Shown here in pieces: positions 1 through 6,816 of a DNA stretch of 30,615 bases (positions within the stretch are counted from its first letter, which is position 1; each line of letters opens with the position of its first letter). The DNA lies in the IMG/VR virus record IMGVR_UViG_3300032270_000254, positions 1 to 30,615 of that record; one strand, written 5' to 3'. The notes beneath the pieces were generated by a model, which was given only the letters and a program-made list of their open reading frames with translations, ran no database searches and was not told the origin of the DNA. The position numbers were made by a program, and so were the translations under genes. The stretch is from a virus. Lineage: Duplodnaviria > Caudoviricetes.

Positions 1-1
1 T

Positions 2-232
2 GAAAACGGCGAGTTTATGTTACTTTCTAAAATGGTCGGGAACGCTTTGTTTTCAGCTGAAGAGAAAGACGACCCGATTAGACTTTACGAGCTGGCCAAG
101 AAAATTTACTATTCAGAGGGGGACATTGAGCTAAGCAAATCGGATGCTGATCTAGTAAAGGAAAAGGTAAAGGCCAAAGGCTTTACTGTGCTTGTTTTAG
201 GGCCACTTTTTGAGTCTTTAAAAGAAAAGTAA
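2..232 (+). CDS. 5'-truncated hypothetical phage protein (probably tail/fibre-associated)
   Basis: The ORF-track frame (17..232) is open back to base 2 (ENGEF-MLLSK...), so the true start is probably outside the window. It is followed by a terminator. No family recognised. Confidence 0.6.
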   Translation, partial: ENGEFMLLSKMVGNALFSAEEKDDPIRLYELAKKIYYSEGDIELSKSDADLVKEKVKAKGFTVLVLGPLFESLKEK

Positions 233-255
233 TGGTAAAGTAACGCCAACAATTT

Positions 256-280
256 AGAGCGCTAGAAATAGCGCTTTTTT
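256..280 (+). terminator. Rho-independent terminator
   Basis: AGCGCTA-GAAA-TAGCGCT hairpin (258-275, GNRA loop) followed by a T-run. Confidence 0.85.
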
Positions 281-298
281 ATTTGGTTTAAAATACTT

Positions 299-306
299 TA
301 TTTTTG
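299..306 (+). promoter_or_regulatory. Bacteroidota-type -7 promoter element for the lysis cassette
   Basis: TATTTTTG matches TAnnTTTG; lies between the terminator and the ATG at 329. Confidence 0.45.
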
Positions 307-328
307 GTAAACGAATTAATTAAATGTA

Positions 329-538
329 ATGCACCACGTCCCACCATTCGAACAAGTATTAGGCCTCGGCATAATTGGAACGCTTGCCTCTGTTATTGAT
401 ATGAACGAAAGCCTAAAATTTCTTATTCTTTTCCTAACTTTTGTGGGTGTGGTCATAAAACTTTGGGAGCAAGTAAAGAAAAGCGATTATTTCTTGGAGG
501 ATGTTAAAAACTTGTGGAAAAAATTTAAACAAAAATAA
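329..538 (+). CDS. Putative holin
   Basis: 69 aa with two hydrophobic segments (VLGLGIIGTLASVI; FLILFLTFVGVVI) and a basic C-terminus; upstream of the endolysin. Confidence 0.5.
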   Translation: MHHVPPFEQVLGLGIIGTLASVIDMNESLKFLILFLTFVGVVIKLWEQVKKSDYFLEDVKNLWKKFKQK

Positions 539-660
539 TGGCTAAAGCGCTAAGTATCAATAAAAAGAGTTCTTTTGGGAAACGAAGGAACGGAAAGGCC
601 AAAAAAAGCTATTCAAAGTTTGAGCAAAAGCCAAAGAAATATCGTGGACAAGGACGTTGA
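538..660 (+). CDS. Small highly basic peptide (40 aa, ends KKYRGQGR); not in the ORF track
   Basis: MAKALSINKKSSFGKRRNGKAKKSYSKFEQKPKKYRGQGR; ATG overlaps the previous TAA (TAATG coupling). Confidence 0.7.
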   Translation: MAKALSINKKSSFGKRRNGKAKKSYSKFEQKPKKYRGQGR

Positions 661-802
661 AAAGTCAAAATATATCCGCCTAGGAATTTGGGCGGTTTTT
701 TTAATTGTGGTTGGCGGTGTTGCCGCGTTTCTTTTACCCGAGCATTCCGTTGGGTCATTCTTTGACCTACTTAAAACAATTGTAACCAGCTTGATTCTAT
801 AA
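644..802 (+). CDS. Small membrane protein (holin/antiholin-like)
   Basis: The track ORF 575..802 more plausibly starts at GTG 644 (MDKDVEKSKYIRLGIWAVFLIVVGGVAAFLLP...). One strong TM segment plus an amphipathic tail; coupled to the next gene by TAATG. Confidence 0.55.
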   Translation: MDKDVEKSKYIRLGIWAVFLIVVGGVAAFLLPEHSVGSFFDLLKTIVTSLIL

Positions 803-1524
803 TGGAAGAATTTAGACCGAGATTAAACCGAGCGGAATGGGAAATTATTAAAGGACTCAGAAACGCTAATGGGGGGGGTGGGGTACTCGAAATTGGAGAC
901 CTACACGAACCTTTTTGCCTCGACGATTATTTGGGCTTTTGCATTGAACAAAAGAATCGGTACAAATGCGAAAAGATAGTTTTCTTGGGTGACGTAATCG
1001 ACAACCATTACGCTAGTTACCACGAAACCGACCCCGATGGAATGAGCGCGGTTGATGAGTTAAATATTGCAATTGAAAGAATCCATAAATGGCGCGATGC
1101 TTTCCCCGATGCGGTTGTAATAATTGGAAATCACGACCGATTAGTTATGAGAAAAGCTTTTACCGCTGGCATTTCTAAAAAGTGGATAAAGAGTTATAAG
1201 GAGGTTTTGGAAACCCCAGGCTGGAACTTTACAGAAGAACACGTTTTAAACGATGTGCTTTACGTTCACGGCGAAGGTGGCGGAGCAATTGCAAGAGCCA
1301 AGGCGGATTTAATTAGTACCGTACAAGGCCACCGACATACCGAGGCTTATACCAATTTTGTGGTTGGTAAAAACTTTAAAATATTTGGCAAACAAGTAGG
1401 TTGCGGAATTGATAAGGATAGTTACGCAATGGCCTACGCAAAGGCTGGCAAAAAGCCAGCAATTGGAGTTGGTGTTACTTTAGACTGGGGACGATTGCCG
1501 TTTAACGTTATGATGGAACTTTAA
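802..1524 (+). CDS. Calcineurin-like metallophosphoesterase
   Basis: Complete motif set: GDLH, GDxxD, GNHD, HG, GHRH. Confidence 0.9.
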   Translation: MEEFRPRLNRAEWEIIKGLRNANGGGGVLEIGDLHEPFCLDDYLGFCIEQKNRYKCEKIVFLGDVIDNHYASYHETDPDGMSAVDELNIAIERIHKWRDAFPDAVVIIGNHDRLVMRKAFTAGISKKWIKSYKEVLETPGWNFTEEHVLNDVLYVHGEGGGAIARAKADLISTVQGHRHTEAYTNFVVGKNFKIFGKQVGCGIDKDSYAMAYAKAGKKPAIGVGVTLDWGRLPFNVMMEL

Positions 1525-1533
1525 ACCTTTTAC

Positions 1534-1541
1534 TATCTTTG
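1534..1541 (+). promoter_or_regulatory. Bacteroidota -7 element; likely leaderless transcript for the endolysin
   Basis: TATCTTTG with only 4 nt before the ATG at 1546. Confidence 0.55.
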
Positions 1542-1545
1542 TAAT

Positions 1546-1971
1546 ATGAAACGACGAATCCAATTTATCGCAATTCATTGCACCGCAAGCCAGCAAAGCG
1601 CAACACCTGAAGCTATTTTACGCTATTGGAGAAACCACTTAGGCTGGAAAAACCCAGGTTATCATTTGCTAATCGACGCGGCTGGTAAAGTGCATCGTTT
1701 ACTGGATTTTAAGTTGATTGCAAACGGAGTTAAAGGATTTAACCAAGTGAGCGTACACATTTCATACATTGGCGGAATAGATAAAAAAGGCAAAGGATTT
1801 GACAATCGAACTGAGGCCCAAAAGAAAGCCATTATTGATTGTATTAATGAGGTAATCGCTTGGTCGGACAATAAAAAGCTAGTTATCCAAGGGCATCGCG
1901 ATTTTCCTAACCAAAATAAGGCTTGTCCTTGTTTCGATGCTATTGCAGAATATAAACACCTTGTAAAATGA
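1546..1971 (+). CDS. Endolysin, N-acetylmuramoyl-L-alanine amidase (Amidase_2, T7 lysozyme-like)
   Basis: IAIHCTA, GYH, SYIGG, GHRD and KACPCF motifs (Zn ligands His/His/Cys). Confidence 0.92.
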   Translation: MKRRIQFIAIHCTASQQSATPEAILRYWRNHLGWKNPGYHLLIDAAGKVHRLLDFKLIANGVKGFNQVSVHISYIGGIDKKGKGFDNRTEAQKKAIIDCINEVIAWSDNKKLVIQGHRDFPNQNKACPCFDAIAEYKHLVK

Positions 1972-2189
1972 ACGCAATTCTTGAATTTAATTTACCTCAA
2001 GAAAACGAGGATTTTCAATCCGCTATAAACGGCCATAATTATAAAAGTGCCATTTGGGATTTTGACCAGTTGTTAAGGTCGGAAATGAAATACAAGGAAT
2101 TGTCGGACGAAACTTACCAAGCTTATAAGTGGTGCCGCGCGGAACTGAGAAAAATATTAGAACAAGACAATTTATTTATCGAACAATAA
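1968..2189 (+). CDS. Hypothetical protein
   Basis: 73-aa ORF with ATGA overlap with the amidase stop. Confidence 0.7.
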   Translation: MNAILEFNLPQENEDFQSAINGHNYKSAIWDFDQLLRSEMKYKELSDETYQAYKWCRAELRKILEQDNLFIEQ

Positions 2190-2332
2190 TGCCATTACCA
2201 AAGCCAAAACCAGCCGAAAGCCAAACCGACTTTGTTGCTAGATGTGTAGCCGACCCAGTAATGGGACGAGAGTTTCCGCGTATGGACCAGCGTTTGGTAA
2301 TTTGTTACGTTCAATTTAGAGGCAAAAAATGA
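2189..2332 (+). CDS. Small hypothetical protein (MPLPKPKPAESQTDFVARC...)
   Basis: ATG at 2189 overlaps the previous TAA; preferred over the track start at 2129. Confidence 0.65.
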   Translation: MPLPKPKPAESQTDFVARCVADPVMGREFPRMDQRLVICYVQFRGKK

Positions 2333-2412
2333 ACAAAATAAAAGCAATTTTAAAACAAATTTGGCTTGGCTTTACAATAGCTAATCAAAACAGAACTTTT
2401 GGCAAATTATGA
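2329..2412 (+). CDS. 27-aa peptide MNKIKAILKQIWLGFTIANQNRTFGKL; not in the ORF track
   Basis: ATGA overlaps at both ends fill the gap exactly. Confidence 0.5.
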   Translation: MNKIKAILKQIWLGFTIANQNRTFGKL

Positions 2413-2957
2413 GACAATTATTGGACGACGAACGTATTCGAATTGCAACTATTTCTTTTTTAATAGGCGTTTTGTTGACCTTTGTAATTTTTCCAAGGCC
2501 TGAGCAAGAGACTGTTTATAAGTATGAAACCGTGACAAAAACGGACACTTTGTTTGTCGACAAATTGGAGACAATTTACATCCCTAAAACAAAGATTAAA
2601 ACCCAAGTTGTACGCGATACGGTGCTAATCAATTTTAAGCCTAAAATTAGCCGTTTTGAGACGTCTTTTCCTTTTGATAATGGTAGTACTAAGGTGAGCG
2701 GAGAAGTCCTTGGAGAAGTGCTTAAAATGACCGCAACGAACGATTATAAATTGCCAGTAGTTACGAATACAATAACCGAAACCAAAACCGAGACAATAGT
2801 TGTAAAACCTAAGGGTTTTTATTTAGGTGCTGGGGTTAGTTCGTTATTACAACCTAACGCGAAAGTTGCCTACTTGGATAACAAATATTTGTTTTCGTAT
2901 CAATTCGAACCATTGCAAGGAGTCCACCAAATCGGGGTGGCCAAAAAGATTTTTTAA
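2409..2957 (+). CDS. Membrane-anchored protein, candidate spanin
   Basis: N-terminal TM helix, Thr/Lys-rich linker, C-terminal amphipathic beta strands ending in Phe; last gene of the lysis cassette. Confidence 0.5.
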   Translation: MRQLLDDERIRIATISFLIGVLLTFVIFPRPEQETVYKYETVTKTDTLFVDKLETIYIPKTKIKTQVVRDTVLINFKPKISRFETSFPFDNGSTKVSGEVLGEVLKMTATNDYKLPVVTNTITETKTETIVVKPKGFYLGAGVSSLLQPNAKVAYLDNKYLFSYQFEPLQGVHQIGVAKKIF

Positions 2958-2958
2958 G

Positions 2959-3006
2959 GGTAAAAAGTTGTAAAATTTACCTTTGTTATTCGGATAATTA
3001 CCGAAT
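2959..3006. terminator. Possible bidirectional terminator between convergent genes
   Basis: Two weak inverted repeats: GGTAAA/TTTACC (2959-2981) and ATTCGG/CCGAAT (2988-3006). Confidence 0.3.
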
Positions 3007-3266
3007 TAACCGCTAATCTTTAGTAAGATTAGATAACCAATTAAATCGTTTATAACGTCCTCATCGTCACGCTCCAAGCTGCCATTCTTAATCCTTTTTA
3101 GCTTGTCGTCAATCCTAACCAGTAGTCCGTCCTTTGCGGACAACTGACTAAACACGCCCAGGGGTTCCAGCGCCGAGTTACCATATTTAAGATTTTTAGC
3201 AATAAGCAAATCGCGAATTTCTTCCAGCGCTTGCGTTACTTGAACGGCAAATAAATTATTATGCAT
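3006..3266 (-). CDS. DUF1599 / nucleotide-modification-associated domain 1 protein
   Basis: KNxxYGNS...RIxDKLxRI...DxxxDLIGYxxL pattern typical of this family. Confidence 0.75.
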   Translation of the reverse strand: MHNNLFAVQVTQALEEIRDLLIAKNLKYGNSALEPLGVFSQLSAKDGLLVRIDDKLKRIKNGSLERDDEDVINDLIGYLILLKISG

Positions 3267-3277
3267 TTAGAAAAAAT

Positions 3278-3586
3278 TTAATAAGGCAAATTGTCACCAT
3301 ACAAAACCCAAGCATTGTTGGGGTCATTTTCAAAATTCTTTTCTTGGTCATAATGTTTTTTAAATAGTTTAAATTTTCCGCCTTTAATGTATTGGCTGGT
3401 CCTAAATTTTGAGCGTCCCTTTTTAACTAACAAGACGTCAGCAAACAAAACGTAAAACTCGTTTTCAACAACAAGCTCGTTAAACTCCAAATATTGTTGC
3501 CACCAATCCGCTGGCTTTCTGTTTTCGTCCAGCACCTTGGATGCAACCAGGTACCCAAATGGATTTAAAATTTCTGCATTTTCCAT
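3278..3586 (-). CDS. Hypothetical protein
   Basis: Track ORF 3278..3592; the ATG at 3586 (MENAEILNPFGY) is the more plausible start. Confidence 0.65.
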   Translation of the reverse strand: MENAEILNPFGYLVASKVLDENRKPADWWQQYLEFNELVVENEFYVLFADVLLVKKGRSKFRTSQYIKGGKFKLFKKHYDQEKNFENDPNNAWVLYGDNLPY

Positions 3587-3711
3587 GCGCAAGTTAAAAG
3601 CATAAAAAACGACACGAAAAAAAAATGTTTGATTTTGTTAAAAAAAAACTTACTTATTTTTTGGAATATTATTTATAAATGAGAAATTCGCATAAACAAA
3701 ACAACACACCT

Positions 3712-3981
3712 ATGGACAATTACGATTGCGAAACACATTACGACAAAGAGGTAATTTTTGACTATGAGGGCAAAACTTACTATTGGCAAGGCGATTACAC
3801 AGTTACCAACTGGGGCGAAGACCAAAGCGAATACGCGCCAGCCTATGGCGAAACTGAGGTGACAATTGATTACACCGCAAGTTTATCCTATAATGATGAA
3901 CAAACTGACGAGGTAATTGAGGTTAAACCGACACGCAGTTTATTAATGCAAATTGAAATAGAAATTGAACGCAACCTTTAA
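3712..3981 (+). CDS. Acidic hypothetical early protein
   Basis: In-frame ATG at 3712 lies inside the ACACCTATGGA motif shared with two other starts; D/E/Y-rich. Confidence 0.7.
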   Translation: MDNYDCETHYDKEVIFDYEGKTYYWQGDYTVTNWGEDQSEYAPAYGETEVTIDYTASLSYNDEQTDEVIEVKPTRSLLMQIEIEIERNL

Positions 3982-3995
3982 ACAACTAAACACCT

Positions 3996-4547
3996 ATGGA
4001 AAAATCACAAAGTATTCAAAATCTAACCCAAGGCTTGGCTAAGTTCCACGCAATGGTTGGACGGATTAGTAAAGATGCTAAGAATCCGTTTTTTAAGTCC
4101 AATTACGCCAGTTTACCTCACATTATTACAGAGATCAGCGAACCGCTAGAAAAGGCTGGTTTAATCCTTAGTCAGTTTCCAAATGGAGACGGACTTACAA
4201 CGATGCTTATACACGCCGAGAGTGGCGAGTATATTTCGGCAACTTACACGCTTCAGGTAGTTAGGCAAAACGACCCACAAGCGCAAGGCTCGGCTATTAG
4301 TTACGCGAGACGTTACGCAATTACAAGCATTTTAAACCTAGCAATTAGCGACGACGACGGCGAGGCTGCAACCCGACCAGTAAGGCAAGCGCCAGCGGTT
4401 ACAAAGACTAAACCAACAGACGAGCAATTTGCCTACTTGGTTAGATATCTAAACGGAACCGACGCGCAACGCAAGCAAGCCAAAGAGGCTTTGGTAAAAT
4501 ACGAATTAACACAGGAACAATTGGACACTTTAGACGGACTACTTTAA
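3996..4547 (+). CDS. erf: ERF-family single-strand annealing protein (recombinase)
   Basis: KNPFFKSNYASL and QAQGSAISYARRYAI...DDDG signatures. Confidence 0.9.
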   Translation: MEKSQSIQNLTQGLAKFHAMVGRISKDAKNPFFKSNYASLPHIITEISEPLEKAGLILSQFPNGDGLTTMLIHAESGEYISATYTLQVVRQNDPQAQGSAISYARRYAITSILNLAISDDDGEAATRPVRQAPAVTKTKPTDEQFAYLVRYLNGTDAQRKQAKEALVKYELTQEQLDTLDGLL

Positions 4548-5032
4548 TGGCAAGTTTATACGAAATAACTAGGGACGCGCTCAAATTAGCGTCTTTATTG
4601 GAAACCGAAGAATTGACCCCTGAGTTGGAGCAAATGCTAATAATTAACCAGGATCAATTACAAGCAAAGGCTGGCAACTATGCCAAGGTAATTGCAAACA
4701 TCCAAAGCGATGTCGACGCAATTGAGAACGAAATAAAGCGTTTAAAAGCAATGAAAGAAAGTAAGGACAGAGCCATTACAAGGCTAAAGGACGCGGTTAA
4801 AAACGCAATGCTTGTAAGTGGTATCGAAAAAATAGAAAGTCCTTTATTTAAACTTTCAACACGTCGCAGCGAAGCGGTCGAGGTTGACATTATCGAGGCT
4901 TTACCAAACCAATTTTTAAACGTCAAAAACGTAGTAACTGCGGACAAGGTAGCAATTAAGGACGCGATTAAACGTGGCGAAAATGTTTTTGGCGCAAGAA
5001 TAGTTGAAAATTTTAATTTAAATATAAAATGA
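4547..5032 (+). CDS. Siphovirus Gp157-family protein
   Basis: M-xLYEI start, coiled coil EIKRLKAMK, DKxAIKxAIKxGExVxGA near the C-terminus; usual neighbour of ERF. Confidence 0.85.
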   Translation: MASLYEITRDALKLASLLETEELTPELEQMLIINQDQLQAKAGNYAKVIANIQSDVDAIENEIKRLKAMKESKDRAITRLKDAVKNAMLVSGIEKIESPLFKLSTRRSEAVEVDIIEALPNQFLNVKNVVTADKVAIKDAIKRGENVFGARIVENFNLNIK

Positions 5033-5166
5033 AAAAGCACATTTATTTAAACGAATCAATTGAACGGCCAGGCGATTTGGCGCCAAAAGGCATTCGTTCA
5101 ACTTATCAAACGGAAAAATTATCTTTTAACGAAACATTTAAACGACTGTGGAAACTGAGCAAATAA
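5029..5166 (+). CDS. 45-aa hypothetical protein; not in the ORF track
   Basis: MKKHIYLNESIERPGDLAPKGIRSTYQTEKLSFNETFKRLWKLSK; ATGA and TAATG couplings on either side. Confidence 0.6.
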   Translation: MKKHIYLNESIERPGDLAPKGIRSTYQTEKLSFNETFKRLWKLSK

Positions 5167-5480
5167 TGCAAGAAATCAAAAACCTTTATTTAAAAGGATT
5201 AACGCGAAAAAAAATAGCCAAGGCGCTTGGTTTAGATCATCAAAGAGTTGGTTATCTACTTTATACCAAATTAAAAATGCATGAAATTCACCCACGAAAA
5301 TTAATGGACGAAAACATTTTTAAAATATTAACCGACCACCAAATTAGTAGAATTTTAACGCTGGCGACATACGGTTACAATTGCAGCGAAATTGCAGAGG
5401 ATCAAAAATTGGAATTTCGCAAAGTAAAAAAGTTGCTTGATGTGGCCGAATCAAAAAACATGATTGAAAAAAAAGTGTAA
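5166..5480 (+). CDS. Protein with two HTH-like motifs
   Basis: GLTRKKIAKALGLDHQRV and GYNCSEIAEDQKLEFRKV; ATG at 5166 is coupled to the upstream stop. Confidence 0.65.
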   Translation: MQEIKNLYLKGLTRKKIAKALGLDHQRVGYLLYTKLKMHEIHPRKLMDENIFKILTDHQISRILTLATYGYNCSEIAEDQKLEFRKVKKLLDVAESKNMIEKKV

Positions 5481-5537
5481 AATATTTTTTATTCCTTAGA
5501 TTAGTTTTAATATTGCTAAACTTTAAACCAAAAAACA

Positions 5538-5639
5538 ATGAAAAAATCAATTAAAGTAATCGGTAAAATCATTTACGCAATAGTGGCATTTTTGCCAATC
5601 TTTGCGCTTGGCTATTTACTTGGCCTTAAATTATTGTAA
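5538..5639 (+). CDS. 33-aa single-TM peptide; not in the ORF track
   Basis: MKKSIKVIGKIIYAIVAFLPIFALGYLLGLKLL, preceded by an A-rich leader. Confidence 0.6.
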   Translation: MKKSIKVIGKIIYAIVAFLPIFALGYLLGLKLL

Positions 5640-5658
5640 ACTTTTAAAACAAACACCT

Positions 5659-5952
5659 ATGGAGACGATTAAAATTAAAGCACGCACTTACTCAGAAAAC
5701 GAGTTTGAGATTCCAAAGTATTTTAAAATTGCCCATCATTATTACATGATTTTGGACGACAAAAATTATTTGTTTGTCAAATCAAATATGGACGAGTTTT
5801 TTTTTCCTGAAATTTCAATTGGCAAAATTGAGGCATTTGCAAGCCGCTGGTTTCAATACGTTAAAAGCCAGGATTTAATTGCAATTAGCGAGCAAGAATT
5901 TCGCGACGAATACACAAAAGCAAATGTTTTACTTTTAAACTTTCTTAATTAA
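5659..5952 (+). CDS. Hypothetical early protein
   Basis: In-frame ATG at 5659 inside ACACCTATGGA, preferred over the track TTG at 5602. Confidence 0.7.
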   Translation: METIKIKARTYSENEFEIPKYFKIAHHYYMILDDKNYLFVKSNMDEFFFPEISIGKIEAFASRWFQYVKSQDLIAISEQEFRDEYTKANVLLLNFLN

Positions 5953-6203
5953 TGGAATCGACCGACTCACAAAACGCACTAATTAAGGGATGGCTCTTAA
6001 ATGGCTATTCTTTAACTCAGCTAGAGGCACTTACCCAATTTGGATGTTTTAGGCTGGCGGCTCGAATTGCAAACCTAAGAGACGAAGGTTTTCACATTAT
6101 TACGGAGATGGTAACTTTGGAAAATGGTAAACGAGTTGCACGTTATACTTGTTTAAATAAAAAAATGCGCGAAGCCGCTGAAAGAATTAAATTAGATTTA
6201 TGA
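5952..6203 (+). CDS. Winged HTH protein (HTH_39-like)
   Basis: LTQLEAL..FGCFRLAARIANLRDEG...ARY pattern. Confidence 0.8.
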   Translation: MESTDSQNALIKGWLLNGYSLTQLEALTQFGCFRLAARIANLRDEGFHIITEMVTLENGKRVARYTCLNKKMREAAERIKLDL

Positions 6204-6565
6204 CACGCGAGGAAGCAATTTTGGAACTTAACCATAGGGCAACGCAAAAGTATTTGGTTTATTTGGCCCTCCAGGAAATCATGTTGGATTATTACGAAGA
6301 CGTGACAATGTTAAAGGCTTTTGACGGCGATCTAAAGACCAAACATAAAAACATGATTAACGCGTTAAAACGTAAATCAAGTGAGGCGTTTAGATTTTTG
6401 GAAAATTACGACGGCGGCGAGGCAACAATAAAACAGTTTCACGAATTCGTTAGTTTATTTGAACGCTTGCACAATTCAATCGACCAGGGCGGTCTAGTAT
6501 TTCACGATTGCTTGGCAGCCATTGACCAAATTTTAAAGGATTATGATAAGGCGCAAAGTAACTGA
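6200..6565 (+). CDS. Hypothetical protein
   Basis: 121-aa ORF with ATGA-type overlap. Confidence 0.7.
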   Translation: MTREEAILELNHRATQKYLVYLALQEIMLDYYEDVTMLKAFDGDLKTKHKNMINALKRKSSEAFRFLENYDGGEATIKQFHEFVSLFERLHNSIDQGGLVFHDCLAAIDQILKDYDKAQSN

Positions 6566-6692
6566 ACAAGAAAAGCAAATTATTTTTGAGGCTTGGCAAG
6601 ACCGCAAGCCAATTAAGGCAATTGCTTCGGAACTGGGTAGATGTTATGGCACAATTTATACTGAACTAAAACGTCGGTATTTAGTTGGATAA
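6543..6692 (+). CDS. 49-aa HTH protein (HTH_38-like); not in the ORF track
   Basis: MIRRKVTEQEKQIIFEAWQDRKPIKAIASELGRCYGTIYTELKRRYLVG has the IAxxLGRxxxTIxxELKR pattern. Confidence 0.7.
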   Translation: MIRRKVTEQEKQIIFEAWQDRKPIKAIASELGRCYGTIYTELKRRYLVG

Positions 6693-6712
6693 ATTAAAAA
6701 GAAGTATATTTG
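6685..6712 (+). promoter_or_regulatory. Bacteroidota primary-sigma promoter for the leader RNA and replication operon
   Basis: TTG (6685-6687), 17-nt spacer, TATATTTG (6705-6712). Confidence 0.75.
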
Positions 6713-6720
6713 TATAAATA

Positions 6721-6810
6721 ATGAAACATTTAAGAGGTCGGAGCCTTAGATGTTTCATAGGTGTAAATCCACCAAGGCCCATCGACTCCGACACGATAGG
6801 GCCTTTTTTA
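6721..6810 (+). ncRNA. Structured leader RNA: two hairpins with complementary loops, the second terminator-like
   Basis: 14-bp stem 6721-6734/6745-6758; stem 6774-6784/6794-6805 followed by a T-run; loop GTCGGAG (6737-6743) is complementary to loop CTCCGAC (6786-6792). Confidence 0.75.
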
Positions 6811-6816
6811 TTTGTT

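Noticed and set aside
6543-6692. IS30 transposase remnant
   Set aside because: Only a stand-alone HTH is present, with no DDE domain or terminal inverted repeats.
6721-6816. N-terminal 32-aa extension of the replication protein in the ORF track
   Set aside because: The region is a structured RNA directly after the promoter, and the recognisable domain starts at ATG 6817. Leaderless translation from 6721 cannot be fully excluded.
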